DNA of 58,746 bases, counting the filler, from Nemertoderma westbladi (lineage: Eukaryota; Animalia; Xenacoelomorpha): NCBI GenBank assembly GCA_032718475.1. It is 3 parts of 3 records of this genome, joined end to end, with 100 filler letters (N's around TTAATTAATTAA, not from the genome) between each part and the next. Parts side by side here need not be neighbours in the genome. Positions count along the whole stretch, not along the records: positions 1 to 31,937 come from JAUCBJ010008962.1; positions 32,038 to 50,621 come from JAUCBJ010008253.1; 1 more part is not named here. One strand, 5' to 3'. Shown here one piece after another: positions 22,840 through 36,294 of the stretch. Each line of letters opens with the position of its first letter. Within the stretch, counting starts at the first letter, position 1. The notes under the pieces are model-generated. The model worked only from the letters and a program-made list of their open reading frames with translations. It was not told where the DNA came from and searched no databases. The position numbers were made by a program, and so were the translations under genes.

Positions 22840-24260
22840 CATTCAATTAATTCGCTAATTAACTGCTATTATCTTAGCTTCTCGAAGGCCACATGGAAAT
22901 TCAACTTGGAAAATTTCTAAACTTTGGCCAGACTACATGTGTACCAAGATGGGTTAAATTTCATTAACATTTGGCTGAGTTATTAACGTTTAAAATTGGA
23001 CACAACAGAACAACACGTTCGTTGGGACTTCGCGCAGCACAAGGCTCATGTATGAGACAAATTAAAATTTAGAATATAATAAACGCAGTACTCGTCTTCA
23101 TTATATGCCTCGTTGCGCTCGTCCTGTTTTGTATTTAAATATATTTCCTAAACGCAGACTGGCGATCTTTATAACAATCGATGCGTTCAATATGCGAAGC
23201 CAGGTGTTTTAGAGGAGTATAGTCAACGCAGTACTCGTCTTCATTATATGCCTCGTTCTGCTCGTCTTGTTTTGATTTAAATATATTTCTTAAACGCAGA
23301 CTGATGATCTATATAACTATCGATGCAATCAATATGCGAAGCCAGGTATGGTTTATAGGAATATAATCCACTCAGTACTAAACAGCTAAATGCAGTCGAT
23401 GCCGTAATTATATTCAAATTATTAATTTAATTTACCGGTACCCTCTGTTATTAATGCCTACACAGGTAATAGACCTACACAGAAATTCTATCAAAAAATA
23501 ATAAGCCTAATATTTTGAGAATAAACAATTTTGGATATAAGCCTTATTATTGACAATCATTATTAAATCTGTCGTTTAGCTAAAGCAATAAATATATTAA
23601 CAGACTCTGTAGGAATATCAGTTAATGTTAAACAGGTTTAGAGTAATGAATAGCTCGGTAGGTATAGTCATAGGAGTAGTCAGGCAGGCAGGCAAAGAGC
23701 GATGCAACTGGCTAGCTAGGAATAATAAACCATAACTTGTCCTACAGAAATTTCATACCCAGCCCAGTCCTTCATCCCAATTCACTTAGAGTACTGCTGC
23801 TGCCTGCTGATCCAGCAATAGCATGTCTGTCTACACACCCCATCCTAGAAGAATTCTATCAGCGGACTCTAATCTGCTGGCCAATAACTAAGCAGTTTAT
23901 GTCGTTTTAATTACGTTTAGATCAATTAAAGACAAATTTATTAAAGCAAATCACTTGAAATAATTAAAAACTATAATAGAATGGGGTATGTGGATTACAT
24001 CTGTATAACTTTTCAGTATAATTATTTATATCTTATACGATAAAATAATTAATTTCCTCTAAAAGACAGGCTTGAAATTGCTGTTTTTTACCGCAATTAA
24101 TTAATTGCCTAATTTATCTGCATTTATCTTAGCTTCTCGAAGGCCACACGTAAATTCTACTAGGAAAATTTCTAAACTTTTGCCAAACTACATATGTGTA
24201 CCAAGTTTGGATAGATTTCATCAAGGATGGACGAGTTATTAACGTTTAAAATTGAACACT
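22840..24260. repeat. Dispersed non-coding repeat copies (22840-23050, 24090-24260; inverted relatives near 21100-21350 and 28420-28620) plus a ~143-bp direct duplication (23082-23347)
   Basis: atcttagcttctcgaaggccaca..ggaaaatttctaaacttt.gcca.actacat..gtgtaccaag recurs. Confidence 0.65.
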
Positions 24261-24715
24261 GCAAAAAAACCGCGACAGAACGATACAGGTTGATTAATGG
24301 TACCCCTGCGCTAAGGCTCACTCACTTCGTGGCTCGCACCACAGAGCAACAGACACACCGATTCATTGAGTTAGTAGTACCTGAATGCTCAGCTCGCTTA
24401 CTTTCGTCGCTCGCCCCACATTACATTTATAGATATATTGTACCGCGTATCGGTATAATTATGCAAGAAAACAGTGCAGCAGTGCTGCAGTGTACCTGTC
24501 AGCCTGTCAGTGTCGCCTGTCACCTGTGGCCTGTCAGCCTGCTGGCCTGTGTAGGTACGCTACGCGTAGGTCTGTGTACCCGGTACCCCGGCACCTGGAG
24601 CGTGGAAGCGACCCCGCCCTATGTAATTACTAAAGTGTTGGATTGGCAGATTGGTGGAGACATAATTCAGTACCGGTAATTTAATACCTGCAGGCTGCAG
24701 CAATCTGGTACGGTA

Positions 24716-25273
24716 ATGGATGAGGAGGCTCTACCGACAGAGTCGTCTGCTCAAACTCCGACGCCAATGGAGGAATGCACACCACCGCCGCCAGCCGACA
24801 CCGCTACTACTACGGTAACGGTAACCGCAGATGGAGCCTGCCCAACAGATACCATTACCGTTACTAAATCGGAAAGTCTTACTGACTGTCCCGTGACGTC
24901 TGAGCCGTCGCCACTACCGGTACCAGTACCAGCCCGGCAGTTCGCCGATGTGGTGTTCCTTATAGAGACAACAGCGGGAATGGGGCGTGACATCGAAGCA
25001 ATGAAAGTCGCCTACATTACGCCGACAATAGAATATTTCACCAAATATCCTCTAATCTCGGAACTGAAACTCAATTACGAGGATTACAGTTTGAATCTGT
25101 TCGCCCTACTAACTTTCAGTGCCGTGGATTGTTTGCCGGCCCCTCCGGTTAAATACCACGGAGTTAGCAGTAGAGGGTTTAAGTTTATGCGAATGTTGGA
25201 TGCGCTGAGGATGAGAGGCGGGTGTGGGGAGTTGAGTACGATGGTAGCGGATGGCTTGGGTGTAGCACTGCAG
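24716..25273 (+). CDS. MED25: Mediator subunit 25, coding exon 1 (N-terminal half of the VWA domain)
   Basis: FADVVFLIETTAGMG..YITPTIEYF matches the Med25 VWA start (ADVVFVIEGTANLG..Y..P.IEYF); GGCGE..VADGL.VALQ; donor CAG|GTTGGT, phase 0. Confidence 0.88.
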
Positions 25274-26180
25274 GTTGGTAACTATTCAGCTATTAATTAG
25301 TCATTACATTACATTAATAATTTGCGGTACCAATGTAGCATCATAAGCATAACCGTTTATCTATAAGAACAATAAATTAGTGAGTTTTTCTCGCAATGAG
25401 AATTCTGTAAAAACACTTTACGCCGACAACCTCAGCTGACAATATAATTACTGCTGATCCTGATACCCGTTGAAATTTTTTTTATTGATGTTTGTAACAG
25501 TCTGAACAGGATATTCTAGCCAGAGTGGAGTCCAGAACAATTTCAGCACAGTTTCAGTTACAGTTTCGTTGTTGTTCATTATCCTAATAACGGTTGTCGT
25601 CTGTCGGCATAGCCTTTACTAAAAATATAAATTAGTACTGTTGTATTCCGAAATAAAGTTTATAATTGTGTACTGAAATAGGATAATCTTTTACTTTTAC
25701 AGTAAAATACTTTTACAGCAGGGGAATGAATATGTCCAGTGGGGTGCATTCCACGCATTCAATATTCATCCCTCACCAGGGGAAAATCAAAGAAAATAAC
25801 TGGTTATTCTTAAAAATAAAATTGTAGTCTGTTCTTGTGATCTATTCAGTTTCGTTTATTGTTTCAGTTAAAATAACGTGCCACTATAACCTGCTCCTTT
25901 CCCTTAATTTACCTTTGAGGGGATATTTCAATTCGCCGAGATGGGATTTTGCTCGAGCCAGCCCCCCCCCCCCCCCCCCTCACCCCTGCACCCTGCCTCC
26001 CAAATCAGTATAAACTAACTGAGGAAAAAATGGTGTTTAAAAAATGGTGTTCCTTTAGGCTTCTCATTAAAACAGTTGCTGTTGTGGAATGTATTAGATA
26101 AATGCGTAACTGGTAGTATTAGCTAGCTAGATTCTACTACAAGTATGTGGATATTAAACGCATTAATTTTGTTTCCCCAG

Positions 26181-28097
26181 ACGTTTGATGGGTTACGTAA
26201 ACTGAGACTTTCCCATGGCGAACATTCCTTACAACCGGTGCAGCACTGCGTACTCATGTGCAACTCGACGCCGCACCAGAACCAGACGACCCTGCCCCGA
26301 CAGTTCCTCGGTAGAACCTGCCACCAACTCGTCTCCACAATGGCCGATAGGAACATCCATCTGTCCGTCGTATCGCCTAAGAAGATCCCGCAACTCGCCA
26401 AGTTGTACGAAATCCACACGGGAGTGGCGCCATCTACCGGTAACAATCAGAAACACGTAGAGGATCCCAGACACCTCGTCCTTATCAATGGATACTCGTT
26501 ACCGGAGCGACGGGACGACAGCAAGAGCGCCGTCGTCGAACGGGCGGAAGAGAAACCCGCTGAGAAACCCGTTGTTACCATAGCAACAGCTGAGTCGCAA
26601 CCGTCGTCTGTTACGACGAAACCCGAAACTGTTGCGACTAAACCTCCGGTTGTTATGGTTCCGAGTCAAACTGAGTCGGTCAGTAAAGTGGTTCATGTTG
26701 GTTCGACTGAGTCGGATACCTCGAACCCGTTGCTGCGAGCCAAGAAAGCGGCTGAGGCGGCGATGGCTGCGGCGGCACAGAGTGGCGCCCGACAGCCCGG
26801 CGGCGCACAGTGGCAGCCGGTGGGCGGCCCCCGGCCCATACTACCGCGACTCGCGGGCCGCTGGACGCCGCCGGTTGTCTTGGTAACCAAAGGGAGCGAC
26901 TCCCCAGGGAGCCAGACGGAGTCGCTCCCCCAGCCGCCCACCGGCGCCCACCAACTCGCCCAGACCGCGCCCGCCCACCAGCAACCCGCCCCGGCACCGA
27001 TCGCCCAACCTCCCCCCTTCCGCGCCACGGCGCCCATCCCCCGTGCCCCAGCGCCCGGGGTCGCCGCCCCGCCACCTCAGTACGGGGAGCCCCACAACGA
27101 GCCGCGACAACGCCCCATCTGGTCCGGCCACCTCCTCTGGGTGGAGAAACAGCCGGCGTGGCCCGGGGATACTGGCGCGGCAACCAGCGGCAAGGTGGCG
27201 CACAGCGCGCACTGCATCATGTACGCGGGTAGCGAGTCCAACATATCCACCGAGCGCTGGGCCAACCAACTCAACATGCACTGCATCCCGCACGAGATCC
27301 TCAAACAAGTCACATCGTACCTCCAGCAGTGCCGCAACGTGTTGGTATCGTTCCCCAACCCAGACGAGGCTCGTAGTCTCCAGCAGTTCTTCTCGTCCGG
27401 TCTCGGGTTCGCCGGTTGTATAAACCTCGCCGGCCAGGCCCCCGATAACCAGTTCCTCATCCTTATCTGGGTCCCCAAGAAGCAGCACTTCGTGGGGGTC
27501 ATCCCGCTGGATCAACACGGGTTCATAGCGGAAATCCGCAACGCGATTAAGAGTAACCCGATGACGGGGGGCGGGTTGCACCCGGGCGAGCCGGCTCGCC
27601 CACCTCCGCAGTCGGCGGGATACCCGCAGCACACTGACCACATGGGGACGCTGCAGGGACACATGGGACCCCAATCCGTGCAGCAGATGCAGCAGCAGAT
27701 GGGGCAGCCCGTGGTGTTAGGGGGGCTGCCCCCCGGGCCCCCTCCCGGGGTCCGACTCCCGCCCGCCCCCTTGCAACAGTTGCAAAGTCAATTCGGTAAC
27801 CAAGCGACGATAGGACAGCAAATGACGGTCTCCTCTATGGGCGGTCAGCCAATTAGCGTTCCCGTGGGACAACCAATTGTCGGTCAGCCAATGAGCGTTC
27901 CCGTGGGGCAACCAATGGGCGGTCAGCAGGTATTAACCGTGGGTCAGGCCACGCCATCTAACGCCAATCTTCGCTTTTTACTAATGAACCAGCAGCAGCA
28001 GTCCCAGTGGGGGTCTCAGGGCCAGCCAATCAGAATGCCCCATGGGTTCGTTAGTGACCCCTCCCAGTCCCAGTACGACCTCGACCACATACTATAA
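26181..28097 (+). CDS. MED25: Mediator subunit 25, coding exon 2 (rest of VWA, ACID/PTOV domain, LxxLL NR box); spliced protein ~824 aa
   Basis: In-frame acceptor tttgtttccccag|; HCVLMCNSTP, IHLSVVSPKKIP, DPRHLVL; ACID IWSGHLLWVEK..GFAGCINL..FVGVIPLDQHGFIAEIR; NANLRFLL; AATAAA right after the stop. Confidence 0.92.
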   Translation, partial: TFDGLRKLRLSHGEHSLQPVQHCVLMCNSTPHQNQTTLPRQFLGRTCHQLVSTMADRNIHLSVVSPKKIPQLAKLYEIHTGVAPSTGNNQKHVEDPRHLVLINGYSLPERRDDSKSAVVERAEEKPAEKPVVTIATAESQPSSVTTKPETVATKPPVVMVPSQTESVSKVVHVGSTESDTSNPLLRAKKAAEAAMAAAAQSGARQPGGAQWQPVGGPRPILPRLAGRWTPPVVLVTKGSDSPGSQTESLPQPPTGAHQLAQTAPAHQQPAPAPIAQPPPFRATAPIPRAPAPGVAAPPPQYGEPHNEPRQRPIWSGHLLWVEKQPAWPGDTGAATSGKVAHSAHCIMYAGSESNISTERWANQLNMHCIPHEILKQVTSYLQQCRNVLVSFPNPDEARSLQQFFSSGLGFAGCINLAGQAPDNQFLILIWVPKKQHFVGVIPLDQHGFIAEIRNAIKSNPMTGGGLHPGEPARPPPQSAGYPQHTDHMGTLQGHMGPQSVQQMQQQMGQPVVLGGLPPGPPPGVRLPPAPLQQLQSQFGNQATIGQQMTVSSMGGQPISVPVGQPIVGQPMSVPVGQPMGGQQVLTVGQATPSNANLRFLLMNQQQQSQWGSQGQPIRMPHGFVSDPSQSQYDLDHIL

Positions 28098-29404
28098 GAA
28101 TAAACAGTATCCGAATATTTTATTATTAAATACTTCATTATATCACATTATGTTCCTACAATGGATAAATTTTTATTTTTATATCTGGAAAAGATTCAGG
28201 CAATATAGAAATAAGATAAAACTGAGAATTATATTTTAATATTAATATAATAAGCTTAAAGGGGAGTTAAAGGTGATGTGTTTTGTTTATGAACACGGCT
28301 CGCAGTCATGTGTGAATAAGGTGAAAATTTCACTTCAGGAAGGGACTTGTGGGGTAAGCCACGTAGTAAGGTTAGCCTTATCATGGGGCTACCATTAATC
28401 AACTTGTCGGTCTGTCGTTTTCGAGTACCGGATATTTGAACGTTACTAACTCAGTTAATCCTCGATGAATCCAAACTTGTTACACAAGTAGTCAATCAAA
28501 AGTTTCGACATTTTATTTAGGTATTTTGTGTGGAGCTCTTGTGCACAATTTGAGCGATGAAATACGCCTCGAGCAGTCCGAGTTTATTGCCTCGTGTTGC
28601 GCGAAGGCAAACGAACCGAACGTGTTTGGTATGTGAACGTACTTCGCAGTGTGAATTAGTAGTTAATTGTAGTTAATTGGGCGAGCCATGCAGTTGGTGG
28701 AGCCTTAGCGAACTGACTCTGTTTTTGGGGATGGGCCAATGTCGACCACCATATCATTAGATCTTTATGCTAATAACTTTGTCGCATTTAAGACCGTCGA
28801 GTTGCGCGTCGCAAGACACAATGACAAGAATCCCTAGAGAATCCCGGTATGGTTGATGATACGCTAGTAGATGAAATTCATTAGGGGAACTTAAAAGGAC
28901 CTGCCCAACTCCAAACAATCAATGAACTAGATGAACTTTCAATAATGAATGCCATTACTCTTAGCATAGTTGAAAATAAAAAACCGACTATTGCACCAAC
29001 GATTCCAACGGAACTGTTAATAGTTCGGCCCTTTCATTGCAAAACCCAGTATCCCCAAATTTATCATTTTGAAAAAAAGCAACAAACTTAGGACCTTCTG
29101 CGATTGATGTTCAAAGCTATGAAATGAACCCAACATTTGTCAGAACCAAGGGAAGCCATTGGTTAATTTAGCCAACCAATAAAAAAAAGGAATTTATTTA
29201 CCAGAATTTAATTATTGCTCTTGAAATAAGGCATAGTCGTTGATACTGGGTTTTGGTACGAAACTTTTTGGAGATATTGGGTTTTGGATTTATGCCAAAA
29301 CCCAGTATCTCCAAAAAACTTCTCCAAATCTTTGTTTCAAATAAGTCAAGCCTTTCATTACCAATTATTATTATCGAACCTTTTTAATACATTGTTCATC
29401 CATG

Positions 29405-29790
29405 CAAGCTGTTGTTTTCCCTTCGGTACATGATGCACCCCCACAAGGTGTTATTTTCCCTTCGGTACATGATGCACCCCCACAAGGTGTTGTTTTCCCT
29501 TCGGTACATGATGCACGCCCACAAGGTGTTGTTTTCCCTTCGGTACATGATGTACCCCCACAAGGTGTTGTTTTCCCTTCGGTACATGATGCACCCCCAG
29601 CCCCCACAAGGTGTTGTTTTCCCTTCGGTACATGATGCACGCCCACAAGGTGTTGTTTTCCCTTCGGTACATGATGTACCCCCACAAGGTGTTGTTTTCC
29701 CTTCGGTACATGATGCACCCCCAGCCCCCTCAAGGTGTTGTTTTCCCTTCGGTACATGATGCAACCTCGGACCCACAAGGTTGTTTTCCA
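29405..29790. repeat. 39-bp minisatellite (some 48-bp units)
   Basis: caaggtgttgttttcccttcggtacatgatgcacccca x ~9. Confidence 0.92.
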
Positions 29791-30215
29791 TTGAAAAAAT
29801 AAATCGTACAACAGACGGGCAGTTTAAAATGAATGGAAAAAGTCACTGAATGTAAACCAAGTCACTGAATGTAAACCAAGGACCGGACCCGTTACCAGGC
29901 TGCAATAGCTGACAAAAATAAATTCACCATTTGTGAAATATATTACATGTTATATTATATTTTATTTATATTTAAACGTCAAGCTACTAATAGTAAAAAA
30001 CCGTACCGGGTAGGTATGTACAACAATTAAATAAAAATCGACTGGAGACCCAGACATGCATGTAATAGTGATCAGCTGTCTGCAGACAGCTGATCGGTAG
30101 GTTTCGCCCCAATACAGCGGGCTTTCTCAGGATGCTCAAGCTAGCAGGACGACAGTAGAGTGAAGTTCCCAAAGGAGGAGAACAGGCAAAGTGTGATGGG
30201 GCTGATTCATACTAA

Positions 30216-31150
30216 CTAACCACTGGGAAGCAGCACCACAAACTTACGCCAATCACGTTTCTGCTTGTTGATAACTGGCTGGCGCGTGCGAATATAGTAC
30301 ATTTCAAGCTTTTGCAGAACAGGCCGCAATGGGTGCCTAGCAATAACTTTGAAATGTTTAAAAAGCTCGCGCCAGTCAGTCAGCCAACGTGTATTGGGCT
30401 CGCCGCGGTGCGTCATGATGTGGTTGTACACAGTCTTGCCCTGCTCACTCCCGTTATTGGCTGTACCGTCCTGGTGTTGTCTAACGCGTTCAAACAGGTG
30501 TTGGATAGTGTGTCCAACATATTCCCCCTTACAAGAGGGACAGGAGAAAGAATAAACGAACGTTAGAAACAAGGATATCAGGGACAGGATGTTTTAATGA
30601 TGGGAGCGACTGGCGCAGTTTGGAGGTTGTAAAAACAAACCTAACTGGCCGTGTGCAAGACGTGGGTATGAGACCACGCAACCTTCGAACAAAGAGGTCG
30701 GTTGCCCGGGTCAGCAATAAGAGTGTCAGCCCGGGTCAGCAATAAGAGTGTCAGCCCGGGCGAGGTATGACTCCTTCCTCATCACACAGTATCCATTCCC
30801 CTTGTCGAACGGCACAGCAATCAATCCGTGGCGCTTCAGGTAACGCGCCGTTGTAGCGACACCATCAGACTGCCGCTGGAGGCGCATCAACCTGGCATAA
30901 TTCTGGGAATGGTGGGACACACTTACTCTGTCAGCATCAGTGCTGTGGGTGAAATAGTCAACCTGCGAGTAGAAGAGTGCGGTGTCAAACTTGGTTTTGA
31001 CCGGATTCTTGGCCCCAAGTCTGAGCACCGCCTCCACCATCTCAGGCAACACTATCCCATCTTCACACTGGACTGTGCCTTTGACATTAAGTAAGGGCAT
31101 CCCTAGGCTCCCTGCCCACCACCTAAACTTATCGTCATGGCCAGCCCTCC
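30216..31150 (-). mobile_element. Internally deleted Penelope-like element (N-terminal region plus GIY-YIG endonuclease; RT missing)
   Basis: VLRLG.K..; LIAVPFDKGNGYCVM..Y (DKG motif); linker FTTSKLRQ..K.P..SNV; FSCPSCKGEYVGHTIQHLFERVRQH..VYNHI..FKVIAR..LEMYYIR.RQPVINKQ; frameshifted. Confidence 0.88.
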
Positions 31151-31937
31151 ACTGCTCTAGTTTACCCTCGCACCAGGCACAGTATTTGCCTGGTGGACAG
31201 CATCTTCGAGCAGCTTCGGGGCTTCGGCTTCGGGTATATTACATGTTGTTAGTTGTTGTGATATACAGTTTATAACATAAGAAAGATACTGTGTTTTGAA
31301 TTATAAAATATGTTCTTAAAATAGACAATATTTTCATTGCAAAACCCAGTATCTCCACCAGCATGAATTTTTAGAACTGTCACAAGACTTTAGACAACAC
31401 GTCATGATTGATGTTCCCATCAATTGCAGACACTAAAGTTGCAATAACTGTGTTTTAAATGTGTTTTTAATGGATTTTGCAGTTTGCTCAAATTTCGTGC
31501 AAACCTTTTGAGCTTCGATGGTCTTTCAACACCTATAATTTAGAAATTCCACCAAGAATATTTGACTTTTTTCGCCGGAAAAAAAGAAAATCAATGCAAT
31601 TGATTACTAGTGATTACTTATTATTTTGATTATTACTGATTATTTTCCCTGTGGAAAATGTTCTCCTATATTTATCCAGATTTTAAGGTATATTTGTGCG
31701 AAAAAGTAACAATTTAAGAATAAAACTTATTATTTTAATTCGAATTTCAACAACATAAGCTACGGATTGGCTTCGGATAAATTTGCCCTGAACCGGAAGC
31801 AGAAATTTGGCCCAGAGCTCCGGAGCTCTGTTGCATCCTAGACGAACTAAACAAGACTATGAACGATTCCTACTAAACTACGAGCTTCACGATGAGTACG
31901 GTGTGCCCATTCACAGATAGGGGGTGGGGGGCGGGGG

Positions 31938-32037
31938 NNNNNNNNNNNNNNNNNNNNNNNNNNNNNNNNNNNNNNNNNNNNTTAATTAATTAANNNNNNN
32001 NNNNNNNNNNNNNNNNNNNNNNNNNNNNNNNNNNNNN
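31938..32037. other. Artificial contig spacer (N44-TTAATTAATTAA-N44)
   Basis: N run with an all-frame stop linker. Confidence 0.98.
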
Positions 32038-32040
32038 TAG

Positions 32041-33369
32041 GTACCGGTCCGGATGATCAGGCAGTCAGGCCTACTGGTTACCGGTCGACCGGTACTTTCG
32101 ACTTTATTGCTTACTGCAATAATGAAGCGATATCCTTTAATGTTCGCGCTTTCAGACCTTTGGCAGTTTAACCCGCCAAATTAGAATGTCTTCTAGATAA
32201 TAAATCTGCTTTTTAGTCTATGACAAGTATTTGATTCACTACACTAGTCGAAACCAATCCGTGCGCGACCATTCACCCGCTGGAAATTCCCGGGAGATTG
32301 GGTTCGACGGTTTAATTTTTATTGCTATGTAAGCCTAATGTATTATTCGACTGACAGTATTATATAATCTCTGACAATATTATTCACCTTCGGTAATATT
32401 AACAGTTCCTTTAGGACGTGGCGCTTTATCTACATAAACAGAGTTATGACTTAAACTACTCGCAACGATATGGCTTAATTATAATCCACATATATGGCGC
32501 ATTCTTTAGGAATTGCTTCTTTAACAGACTCACTCATACACTATGCTGCACAATACTGCACACTAATCTGCCAATCTTCACTGACTTTAGTCACATATAA
32601 AAGGAACACAGGCTGACTCATGTAGGGTCTATCAAATAACATTAGATTCACTTCAAACCACTTTAACATAAGTCACAATCGTTATTAGTAACCTTTCTCT
32701 CTTACCTTCGGTATATCAAGAATATTGGGTTGCGGGGTTATTTATCGTTATTCCAAATATAATTATTCATCAACCATATTATGAAGAACTGACAGCAAAT
32801 AGCAGTATAAAACAACAAGTCAGTACCGGTATGTCAGCAATGAGATATAGGCATGTGCATGGTCCGTAGTCAGATATGTTATGATTTGTTAAAGGATATA
32901 TGCCCTTTATAATTAAACCTACCAGTGTACGACTAAAAGCAGTACAGCACAAAATATTTCTAAGCCGTTCTTTCTTTGGCTCAAGACTGAATGAATAAAC
33001 ACTGCACATAGGCATTTCGTCATTTCTCGGAAATTCTCTGTACAAGGAGCCACAAAAACGCTCTCATTGGCTGACTGAGCTGAGAGACGCCGTAGAACAA
33101 AGGAAATCAACACGTATGAATGTCAGCTGTTAACCGTAGTCATAGTAACTACTGTTCAAGAGTAGCTATCACTCCTTTGCGTCACGAATTGCCATAGAAT
33201 CATAAAAATATACCTTTCACAATACACATACGGAGGAAATAAGTCTTAGATCCTCTAAAAACACCGATACAGTAATAATACGGTCTCTTACACTTATTAA
33301 ATCAACTACAGAGTATTTTAATGTAAAAGATAATAAAAATAACGGGGCAATTCAGCAAAGGCTTTTACA
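32041..33369 (-). mobile_element. Second copy of the LTR-like repeat at 3836-5194
   Basis: Colinear and highly similar; differs mainly around 32815-32890 versus 4610-4715. Confidence 0.75.
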
Positions 33370-33374
33370 GTAGT

Positions 33375-34915
33375 GGTACCTGTACGGTACCCCTACTATG
33401 TGCTGTACGGTACCACTACTCCGCCTTGTGCTGTACGGTACCACTACTCCACCTTGTGCTGTACGGTACCACTACTCCACCTTGTCCTGAACGGTACCAC
33501 TACTCCACCTTGTGCTGTACGGTACCACTACTCCACCTTGTGCTGTACGGTACCACTACTCTGTGCTGTATGGTACCACTACTCCACCTTGTGCTGTACG
33601 GTACCACTACTCTGTGCTGTACGGTACCACTACTCCACCTTGTGCTGTACGGTACCACTACTCTGTGCTGTACGGTACCACTACTCCACCTTGTGCTGTA
33701 CGGTACCACTACTCTGTGCTGTACGGTACCACTACTCTGTGCTGTACGGTACCACTACTCTGTGCTGTACGGTACCACTACTCTGTGCTGTACGGTACCT
33801 CTACTCTGTGCTGTACGGTACCACTACTCTGTGCTGTACGGTACCACTACTTTGTGCTGTACGGTACCACTACTCTGTGCTGTACGGTACCACTACTCTG
33901 TGCTGTACGGTACCACTACTCTGTGCTCTACGGTACCACTACTCTGTGCTGTACGGTTTCACTACTCTGTGCTGTACGGTATCACTACTCCACCTTGTCC
34001 TGTACGGTACCACTACTCCACTTTGCGCTGTACGGTACCACTACTCCACCTTGTTCTGTACGGTACCACTACTCCACCTTGTGCTGTACGGTACCACTAC
34101 CCCACATTGTGTTGTACGGTACCACTACTCCACCTTGTGCTGTACGGTACCACTACTCTGCCTTGTGCTGTACGGTACCACTACTCTGCCTTGTGCTGTA
34201 CGGTACCACTACTCCACCTTGTGCTGTACGGTACCACTACTCTGCCTTGCACTGTACGGTACCACTACTCTGCCTTGTGCTGTACGGTACCACTACTCCA
34301 CCTTGTGCTGTACGGTACCACTACTCTGCCTTGTGCTGTACGGTACCACTACTCTGCCTTGTGCTGTACGGTACCACTACTCTGCCTTGTGCTGTACGGT
34401 ACCACTACTCCACCTTGTGCTGTACGGTACCATTACTCCACCTTGTGCTGTACAGTACCACTACTCTGCCTTGTGCTGTACGGTACCACTACTCCACCTT
34501 GTGCTGTACAGTACCACTACTCTGCCTTGTGCTGTACGGTACCACTACTCTGCCTTGTGCTGTACAGTACCACTACTCTGCCTTGTGCTGTACAGTACCA
34601 CTACTCTGCCTTGTGCTGTACGGTACCACTACTCTGCCTTGTGCTGTACGGTACCACTACTCTGCCTTGTGCTGTACGGTACCACTACTCCACCTTGTGC
34701 TGTACGGTACCATTACTCCACCTTGTGCTGTACAGTACCACTACTCTGCCTTGTGCTGTACGGTACCACTACTCTGCCTTGTGCTGTACGGTACCACTAC
34801 TCCACCTTGTGCTGTACGGTACCACTACTCTGCCTTGTGCTGTACGGTACCACTACTCTGCCTTGTGCTGTACGGTACCACTACTCTGCCTTGTGCTGTA
34901 CGGTACCACTTCTAC
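33375..34915 (+). repeat. 22/27-bp minisatellite (ccactactc[tgcct|cacct]tgtgctgtacggta)
   Basis: Dozens of tandem units; produces spurious Cys-rich ORFs in all frames. Confidence 0.97.
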
Positions 34916-36294
34916 TCCATCTATTTTTATTATAGAAATATATTTTCTTTTAAAAATTCACTTCTTTATCCGCAAATATGCGGACATAAATAACTATTTA
35001 AGTGGCGACAAAAAATGTTACTTTTTGCTACCAAAAACGTAGTTTTCTCTCTTTTATCTGGGCCTATTTCAGCATAAATATCGTCCATCGAAGCTTCTTC
35101 CATATATAGTGAAATACGCGCATTACTACACCTTGGGTACCCATAGTTTGACCGAATGTTTTCATATAAAAAGGCCTTTATCATGAGGATTTTTTTCTAG
35201 AACAAATATTTCACTTCTGACAGTAGAGGATGGTATTTTTTCCAAACAATGTTCTAGTAGAAAATGTGTGCTAGAACAAAAATATTTATCAAAATTGACA
35301 ACTAACACGTTTTCTATAACATTTATAAAAAACTTAGTTAGTATTAGAAATTATCTCTTTAATCAATAATTTATTATCTATTTAAATGCAATGTTATTAT
35401 TGATGTCATGGAAACATTACTTTTTTTGTTAACAAAAAAGTGTTCTTTTTTTGTCAAACTTGTTAACGACTTTGACAAAAAAAAGTGACATACAACAAAT
35501 AAAGACTTTTAGGTCCTCATATGCGGACGAAAAAGTAATTATACAATAAAAATTCCAAAATGTGGCAATAAAATATTTATCCAATCAACGATCTAGTAGA
35601 TTTTTCTGTTGATTTCTCATTATTTATTCTAGATTAGTAAAATTACGATGGTAATTATTAATAAATTTAGCATTAAAATGTTTAGTTGTATGATCTTTTG
35701 AACAAGTAGCAAGTTCAATCATACTTTTGGTAAGATTATTTGATTAAATATCACCTGGAATATCATCTTCAATAACACACTAAATGCTAATTAACACTGG
35801 CTTTGACGTACCGGTGCGTCAAATGGTAGACAATAGATTGTGTCATGACGCATATATCCATCATTGATTCGAACTGTGATGCATAAGAAATGGTAGGTGA
35901 TTTGTGCCACCTTGTGAACATATCCCAAACTCATTTTTTGACATCATCCATGACGCATATATGCGTCATATGACCACTGCAAAATGTCTTAAAAAATATA
36001 AAAAATACACCGAGATTCAGGATTTGGAGGCAACTAGATAGCTTTGTAATTGTGCCAGAATATGAAATCTATAATAAAGTTTTGGTGAGTGTGAAACAGA
36101 AAACACCAGGCACAACCCAAAGGCTCTTCTCTCTTGGCTATTACATGTAAAATAGGGATGTCGCCACACTAACCCCCAAGAGAGTACACTCCATAACTAC
36201 CCAATACTTTTTTACTCCCCACATAGAAGCCTGGTTTCCATTTTACCTCTGACATTGCACAGACACACCAACCTTGCCTCCACCCAGCACCACC

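Noticed and set aside
9014-23310. Other CTGATGA occurrences (~9014, ~13704, ~21470, ~23301)
   Set aside because: No flanking stems or properly placed GAAA; not hammerheads
26123-27911. Multiple antisense and alternate-frame ORFs over MED25
   Set aside because: GC-rich coding shadow ORFs
31982-31993. TTAATTAATTAA palindrome (also 50666-50677)
   Set aside because: Synthetic linker inside N gaps
33373-35042. 500-aa Cys-rich ORFs
   Set aside because: Open in all three frames because of a stop-free minisatellite
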